Positions 41,301 to 50,300 of a stretch of 64,000 bases of DNA are shown piece by piece; position 1 is the first letter of the stretch, and each line of letters begins with the position of its first letter. The position numbers were made by a program, and so were the translations under genes. Source of the DNA: Lingula anatina (taxonomy: Eukaryota; Animalia; Brachiopoda); the NCBI GenBank assembly GCA_051362555.1, contig CM120640.1, positions 62,908,788-62,972,787 on the forward strand, in the 5' to 3' direction. The notes under the pieces are model-generated. The model saw nothing but the letters and a program-made list of their open reading frames with translations, was not told the DNA's origin and did not search any database.

Positions 41301-44300
41301 GTGGAATACTGAAAAAAGTGTTTTAGGAATCCGTTACTTAATTTTCTACTAACTGGGTGCACATTCCATTCAGATAATTGGTAGAATGGAAATATTTTCT
41401 AAAAGCACATTGACTTCTTGTGTATTTCAATATAATATCATATCAATGCACGGGACACTTCGGTAAAGAGGTTCTTTTCGTTATTTTACTTGTATTGGGC
41501 ATTTTGCTGCTTTGCTAAGTACTTAGTTTACAAACGTTTTCAGTACGCATCATAACTCTTTTCAAACATAGAGAAACTTTAGAGAGTATTTCTCCCTTAT
41601 CTTTGAGTGGTCAAAGGAATCATGGAGTGAGAATTTAATGCGTGATTTTTTTCTGATTTTTTAGAACTTTGGTTTCTGTTTGTTTTTTGGATTGCGGTGT
41701 TGGTGCGGTAGTAATGCCTTTTCTTTTTAGGATATACAGGCAATTGAAAGGTCGCGACGACAGTCAAGACTTATGAAGGGTGTAAGTGGTGAATTAATGA
41801 AATCTCTATGTGTTTATAATAGCATCAATTTTAACCTGATAATTTAGAAATATTGTAGATATTGGTTGCTGTAGGACAAGATATTAAAACAAAACTTAGA
41901 TGAACTGTACTAACCTTAGTTCGTGTGTAGCACTGTTCATAAACAAAACATTTTTACATCTGCTTGTAGAACAATGCAATTAACAACTTCCGAAACACCT
42001 GTAATGGCAGTACTACTCGTTTTTCGAAAGGTGAAATGTACTGTGAAATTTCTAAAAGAAAAAAGTGAAAATCAAACGCATGGCGATAAAACCAAACGAA
42101 GGCATTTTGGTCACGTGTGAATTGTTTCATGAACATTCTCTCCGAATGAGTTTTGTTTTTCCGAGTATTCTGCCTAGTGGCGACTAACTTCACCGAGTTC
42201 TATATAACTAACAAAATAAAACCAAAAACGGGGACCAAGCGTACCATTCGCTGCGCAATCTGTGAAATGAAGCCGAAGTATGGTTGTTCTATGCATTTTT
42301 AGTATCATCCATACTCGTGTGTGTAGTACACGTCCACCACACATATGTCCAGGTATGTTTACACGAAGGACAACTTAGACCGATGACCATGTTATCTGGT
42401 CTTCTGTGAAGTTATTGACGTCTTAAGTTAGTTCTGCGTGTGAACAGACCACGGCACTATCCCGTCTTGCCTCCTCCTCCTCCGTACGTGGTGCTCACTT
42501 ATCTTTTCTTCAGGCGCGGGCCAACTCTTTACGGGCACTGCAAAGAGATAGGCAATCGGGGCTTACCAGCATTTCCCCTGCCAGCTCAAAATGCAATTCC
42601 TTACAAAGGTTCAAGCTACCCAATGGTTCACTGAACGAAGAAACGCCATTAGTATTTGGTTCAAATCACAATGACATTGAACTGAATGAGGTGATGGTTG
42701 AGGTATGTTATATATTGTTAACATGTAGAGATACGCATCGTGCTTTTGTCACTTTCTTTAATCTAATTGTGGGATATTTTCTATCGTTGTCCAAAATGTA
42801 TGTCATTTAGGGGGTCAGAAACCTCGGGAGTACGTCGAATGTCATATACAACAAAGGTAAAAAAGGTTGTCCCACCCCCAATTCCATGTGATTTTATCTA
42901 CAAATAATCACCTCACAGTTGTAAACTACTGCTCGCTGCAATTATCTCCTGTAGGCGGCACGATAAGCCTTCAGCAAGGGTTACACACAAAACAGCATTG
43001 TAACCCTTGTTACAGGCCTGTCGCGCCGCCTACCGTAGATGATTGCAGTGCACGGTAGACACGCAAGGTATTAGACACGTGACCTTTAACGAACGCTAGG
43101 CGGTGTCCTTTCAATTTTATGGACAATTCATTACCTCTGTTGAAATCACAGTGAGACACTGGATTTGAGGGGGTGCATGAGTTAAATGTGAATAAATGGT
43201 ATAAAATATGGATATTTTCACCGCTATTTGTATGTTTTAACCATTTATCATGCTAGCTATGCTATCTGGAATAAAAAGCACTGTTAATCACAATTTGCAC
43301 CTGTGAGGTTATCATTTGTAAATACAAGCACATGGAATTGGGGGTGGGACAACCTTTTTGACCAATGTTTTATGTCTCTTATGTCTTGCATATGCTTTAC
43401 AAAACTGACATTTATATTATCAATACTGATAATAACTAAACCTGACCAGTATAATAATTTAAGGGGCTTATGATTTTGTGAAAAAGTGTCAATATTATTG
43501 TTCAAGTAATATTAGAAAAGTGTCTGATACAGCGTGCTTAAATGATTATCAGCATTGATGCATACCATTTTCTCCAAATATGACTTTAGTGTCGATTTTT
43601 CTCCTCTTTGATTGTGTTCAGTTATATACTCAGCTGTCTTCAAATTTGTTTGCTCCTCGCGCATCTTCGCCATTACTACAAAAGACAGCACACAGTGAGG
43701 CCATAAACGTCGCGTATACTTCAGTTCGTAACTCGTGCCATGGGCCTCTGGCCGGTCTAATAAGCACTGAGATTTGCATTAAGCATAAATATTATTTATT
43801 TGGATTGTTTGAGAATTGATTTGAAAGTGACATATTGCATATGATTTCTGCTAAAACTCGTTTTAAAGCCGGTTATGTACCCGTTTGAAATGCTATTCTG
43901 TCTACCTACTGTTTTACATGGATTAGATCAAACTTTGAGATAAAACGTAAACCGATTCCAGGTAGGCTGTAGACACACTCCTAACCTTTTAGCTTTAACT
44001 AAAAATTACCTAATTTAGAAACTAACACGTGTTAGCTGTGCCATTCTCTAGGGCTCTGACAACCTCTCTGTGGACGTTGAGGAAGATGATGTTTTGGACG
44101 GCCTGGAGTTTAAAGACGAAGGCTACATTGTGCTGGTGTTGAGACTGCTGGCTGCTATGTGTGATGGACAAAACCAAAGTATTCAGGTAAACCGTGCACA
44201 GCCCATCCCTTCGAATCTCTTTAGTAAAGGTAATGGCGTGCAATTTAGAATATCGATCGATTGAAGGAATTTGACCGACTGGTTTCGTCGTAGACGCGTC

Positions 44301-47300
44301 CGAAAAAACTTGAGTAAATTTAAGAACTCACGTGTGTTTACAAACAAATTATCGCTCAGGCACCTTGAGAAAAACGCAAATTCGGAGGCCGTAGTTGATA
44401 CCGATATATCTAATACAGTAAAATTAAAAGAGGGATATTGTTTACAGAAGTTGTATCTCTTGTAAGATACGAAAGTATTATTGAAATCTCTGTCTTAGGC
44501 CAAGATTACATTTTGCAATGCGATGTCCGTACGGTGCTCGTATACTGCATGTAAAATCCCATTTCATGTAGCGTCTGTGCGGAAGGCAGGAGGTGGCCGT
44601 GCAAAAAAGTACGAAATCGCACAGGTACACGGCCTGCGTAGCCTCTACGATTAAGTCAAGCTAAAACTTTTGACAAATTTTTTTAAATCGTAGGCTCTTA
44701 AGCCGTAGGATTATCGTAGATGACATTGTACAGTACCCGTACAAGCACTGTTCAGCCGACTTGCGGTGATCGTGATGATGGTTGAATTTGTTGTTGGTCT
44801 CTTTTTCCTTCCACCTATAGTGGTGGTTTTAGAAGGCATAACAATAGTAAAAGTGTCTTTAAAACTTATTTTTATCACTTTGCTATTACAGGATTACCTA
44901 CGGGATCAACCAGATAACATTAAATCCATCAACGTAGTGGCGGACACTGCCCAGTTTGTGAACGTTGTCTACTCCAACATTACCGCCAGCACCATTGACC
45001 TTGTCATTCAGCTGTTCAGCACTCTCAACGAGTTCACTGCCGTATGTATTTAGCTCATGAAATGAACAATTGTGATCTCAAAACCCATGGCCTTTTTATG
45101 ATGTTGTTTTTCAGTTATTCATTTGCCAGTATGTATGTATTCATTCTGACTGTATTGTTTTATTTACCTTTTTTATTGACGAAAAAGGGACATCACTGCC
45201 TTAGACTTAGTATCTGAGATTTTTGCGACATCATGACAATTGACTTTTCTTTTGATTGACAACAGTAATTCTATGAGTTTGGAAGGTTAAATGAAAGGTT
45301 TCAATCACATTAACACATTCATAAAACGCGTTAAGCCTTTAAAATAGCTTTGTTTTTTATTCCAAAAACTTCTAAATCAAACTCCCGCATCGCTTTTTTA
45401 CTTAAAGGACTTCGGTTCTATGTTATTCAGGGAAACCAAGCCAATAGGGTTGTTTTGTTGGACAACAAAGTTGTGGATTACATTAACTTCATCCTGAGAG
45501 CTGGAAAATATGAAGGCATATCGATGGAAATGGTATAAAATCAAATATATGTGTTCATTTATTATCTAAGAATACAGTGCTCATTTATCAGTAAATACCA
45601 AATAAATCGTCTTTATTCAAGCATGAAATTTGATGTATACATAAATCATTTGATATGTGTAAACTTGTAACTAATTTGAAAAAAAAAAATGACTTCATAA
45701 TTTTAAATAGCCAGAAAAATGTATTTTAGCAACTTGAACTACGAGAAGTGATAGCCAATCTTCTCGTGAGTCTTATTGAAGAGAACGGTCCTGAACCCAT
45801 AAAAGTGGCCAGGGAGGTGAAGGATACAGTAGATAAAGAAGCTGTCTACAGGTGTATGGTAGATTGTTACAGCATTCACCAGGTAATAATTAGATAAATG
45901 TTTACCTTTATTGCGTGGAATCACGTAGGGTTGACCACGATCAAAATGCCGAGTATCAATCTTCTCTATTGCCCAAAGTTGTGCCAAAATGTGTATAATA
46001 TGTCTTTTTTTCTTATTATATCACATTTTACCTGCATATGCAATTTATAGACAAAAACGAAAGTCCCTTATATATATATGCTGACTTGATGTAATGATTT
46101 TGTGAAATTAAAATGAACAATGTCATTTGTATCATCTTGTATAGGGAAAATTCAGTAAAAATAACTTATTTAAAGTAATTAAAAACTTGATTATTGAATT
46201 TGATTATTCAAATATTAATCGATTCCTACGATTTAAATAATTCACCTGTGATAAAATTTATTATATGGTCAAAAATATCGTAGTATCTGTCTCGGATGTT
46301 TTACATTTTTGTCTGCCTCGGACATTTATATTTTGTCTAGTTTAAGGTTTTGTCCCCACTTGTTTAAGTTTTCCACGGCAATTAAGAAGATATACGCATG
46401 GAAATCAGTTTAATTTTTCCACTAAATGTTGTTACTTTTATCAAAAAGTGGAATTTCGTGCTCTGATTTTTTAAAAACCTATTTTGCTATTTTTCAATTC
46501 TTGTAGCGCGATTTCATCGTGGTCAACCCGGATTGTACAGCGCTCCGTCTAATCTATTGTGTCAGCTTGTTTTTGTTTTGTTTGTGTTTTAACTCTGAGG
46601 TTGGGGTGTTTATTGTGATTCGCTTTTTTTTCTAACGGGAGTGTATTGGGATATTCAACTATGATGTGTTACAATTTATGACCTGAGTGGTTTGTATAGG
46701 AAATGGCATACAGGGATGGTTATGTTTGTAAATGTTGCCAGCCAAAAGATGAAATATTAAAGCGTTTTCTTTATCATTGTCTTTGGAAATATACAAATGT
46801 TATTCTCAACATAATTTACTTATATGACTAAAATCTTTGCTTTGAACTACTCTTTTAACTGTATTAAAATGGAATTCTTCTATCCTACACATACAAATCT
46901 GCCTCAACATGGCAACCATTTCATTGCATATGCATGATTGCATGCCTTTACAGCCTCCAACATATAAAGCAAAGATAAGCACCAATATGGGAGATAACAT
47001 GAAAAACCTATCACAGATGGGTGGCGGTTTACTAAGAGAAATAATGGTAAGTAGAAAATGATAGATAGACCTACAGTAGCAATCCTTACCCTATTTGTCC
47101 CCCTTTTCATTGGAAGTGGCTTTTAAATTATCCCCGGCGTTTTTGTCAATTTCCTAGACTAATTTTTATTCCATGCATCTTGGTATGTAAAAGCTAAGGG
47201 TATAAAATCTGTTCACCGAAAGCAGACGCTCATCACCTAACATAACGTTAACTCATTTACCTACATGTATTATATATTAAACGTGTTTGCTTGGCATGTG

Positions 47301-50300
47301 TTTTTAAGTGTTCCCTTTCTGTTGTTCTCTTCATAAGTAAACTTTATTATATTATCAGACTGTCTTTCACTAAAAAGTAGACCTTGCCATCGTATTGCAC
47401 TCCGAAATGATAGTCAAATGTAATTTCCTTGTTTTTGAAACATGTAAATGTAATGTCCCTGTTTTAGAAAAGTGTAATCTGCACGTTAGCAGTATCTCAG
47501 TTGTGACGTGTACTGTATTATTATTATTATACCATGTACTGTCAAGTGATAAAAAAATCTCCTTTGAATGTCGCATGGGTAAAATGCAAATGAATAGCAT
47601 GAATATGTACTACCTATCGCCAACAAAATCCATGTACATATATAGAGGTTTGAGAAAAAATTTTTACGAGTATTTAAATTTTTGTTAAATTGGATTTTAT
47701 AACAGAAATTATTTTTGTACAGTCAATTTGATAAGTATTACAGTGGATAGTGACTTTTTGTCTTATTCCATCGCTTATACATGTAGATCACTTTGAATTT
47801 TCTAGGAAAAAAACAAAAAGAATGACTTGAAAGACAAGGCTTACGAGGTTGGCTTCCTCTACTTTCTGCTGATGGCACGGTTTTACGACATTGATCCCGT
47901 GCTGAACGAAAGAGGTAAAAAACCTGAATTAAAACCCGATTTGTTAAAATAACAAAGTTTAAAATACACATTGATTGAAGTTATATGAGAGAAAGATAAT
48001 GCCCACAGGCAATAAATTATAAATGCCTAGATAATTTTCTTCTTGTTTCATTCAGAACGTTTCTAGAATTTTCAAATCACGAGTTTTGTTGCTTGATTTC
48101 AGCTGGTCTCGTAATAACACCAGACCAAATGGCCGCTTACAACTATTACAAGAAGAATTCAATGTCAATAGAATTGATGAAAGATGGAAATCTCCAAAAA
48201 GTGCACTTCAGGGTGAAAAACAAGGTAAGTCTCTTTTTCAAAATTGCCCCATATCAGTTTTACGTGTCTTAATTTTAATTACTGTGTGACCTTTAAATAT
48301 AATAAGAAAATCCACATTATACTATTTCTTCCGTAGAACGTTTTGAGAGAAGAAGTGAAGGAAAAACTAAAATGGGATGTTGACCGCTCGTCGCCTAGCA
48401 ACAAGATTCGTGATTTGATGGCGTGGTCAAAGGACATCCTCAAAGACATCTACTACCAGCGGAAGATGCTGAGGAATCCAATCGCCGTTTTCTTCACAAA
48501 ATTCTGGTATTCGTCCATTTCATTTCGTACATGTAGTCAGCGGGATTACATTTTGGCGCACGAGCGTAAGACGGTTGTGCTTCAGTTCCCCAAAATGATA
48601 TCTGTAGTTGGTAGCAATAATAAGTATAATAGTAAGAGTACCTGTACTTGTCGTCTTTGTTAAGTCAAATTGAACAGCAGTAAGTTCACTCAGTTACTGG
48701 ATATGTTTGTGTAAAACACAATTTCAGAGTTAATATTTCACAGGACTGATTGTGCTGATTGTGTTTGTTGTTCGCTCAACAGGCTGCTGTGGAACTACCT
48801 TGTTATATTGCTGAGTGTAGCCATCAACGTCTTGATGCTTTGGGCCTGGAAGGCACCTTATGACATGAGTCAAGCGCCTGAAAATATGACACATCTTGAC
48901 CACGCCATTTACAAGTAAGTCACTGGAAACAAAAACGGCCTATTCATAGAAAGCGTAAGGAAATCGCTATGCACTTGTAATAATACAACCCAACCTGTAC
49001 TGTTTTAGTGACGTGATAAATAGGTGACTACTATATACATGTATTATCTCTTGCTGGCCTATACCGACAAGTGCGACGGAATCCTGACTTTCAAACCAAT
49101 TTGCAGACCATCGGACCTATGGGATGCTTAGTTTAACCTGAATTACCGATGTAAACTGCCTTTACACTCATACGTAATCTGTATGAACACTGACGTACAT
49201 AGGGCCTATATGTATATATGCGTGAGCTCTATTAAATGAACATTGACAGCCCCTTATTGAGAATATTTTGAAAGTGTAAAGTGAAAATCAAACGTGTTCA
49301 CGTTTTTATCAAATATAATTCTCCTTTTCAGCCCCAACCCAGATACGTCGTCGGTAGAGATATACGATTTGCTGCTATATGCTATGGGAGGCACGCATAA
49401 CTTATTTTCACTGTTCGTGCTCATCAGTTATTTCCTTTCTAACCATCCCAAGTGCCCGAGTTTGTCTGCAATCCCAAATCTTTGCAGGTATGTGTAATGC
49501 AGCTTGACATTTTTGACACAGTTATTGGTATTTTTTGACAAAAATGTAGTTTAAAATGGAAAAAACTGATGAATGTATATCTCATTCTGTTTTAGCATAT
49601 TAATATTTTAGACCCCGTGCATGTAAAATGCCCCTAGTCGTAAAGAAAAAAGGCTTAAAATCAAGCAAACATCAGGAATCAAAATTAAAATCGGTATTTA
49701 AAAACATCTAGCTTACATTTTACATCTAATTCTGGACTTTTGTACATTAGGCGTTTGTGTGGACGGAAAGATGAAGAAGAGGATGAAATAGCACATGAGG
49801 TTGACTGTGAGAAAGCTAAACGCCAGTCAAAACTTGATGTCAAGTTCTTCAGTCTTGCCACTTTTTATTATGTGGTGAGTAGACTCCTAAAGGTTTAATG
49901 GAAGCATGTCTAATTTATTTTTTGTAAAAGTTTTGTTACTGATATTGGTGGTCATCAACCTTTGTTATTGGTGTATAAGAAGGTCATTTTGATTAGTGAT
50001 GAATCTCAAGAAACCAAGCAGGATTAGTTGTTTCTCTTCTTTTTAGATTTTCGTTGGAATGTCTGTCGCTGGAACATTTTTCCATGGTTACTTCTTTGCC
50101 TTCCATCTTCTCAACATCGTCAACAATAATCAAATTCTGCAGGGAGTCATCAAAGCTGTCACACAAAACGGTATGGTAGTAATCGAACTCTCCTCTCCAG
50201 TCCGTTTTTAATTATATCTTTAGGTTTTTTTCGTAGAAATTCAGTTGATGATTTGAGAATAGAGTAAATTATTGTTTTGTTACCACTGCCATCATATGTC

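Noticed and set aside
43622-43961. Possible extra exons in intron 50 (LYTQLSSNLFAPRASSP...; SNFEIKRKPIP)
   Set aside because: I could not find a phase-consistent path through them, while exon 50 joins exon 51 directly in phase 0.
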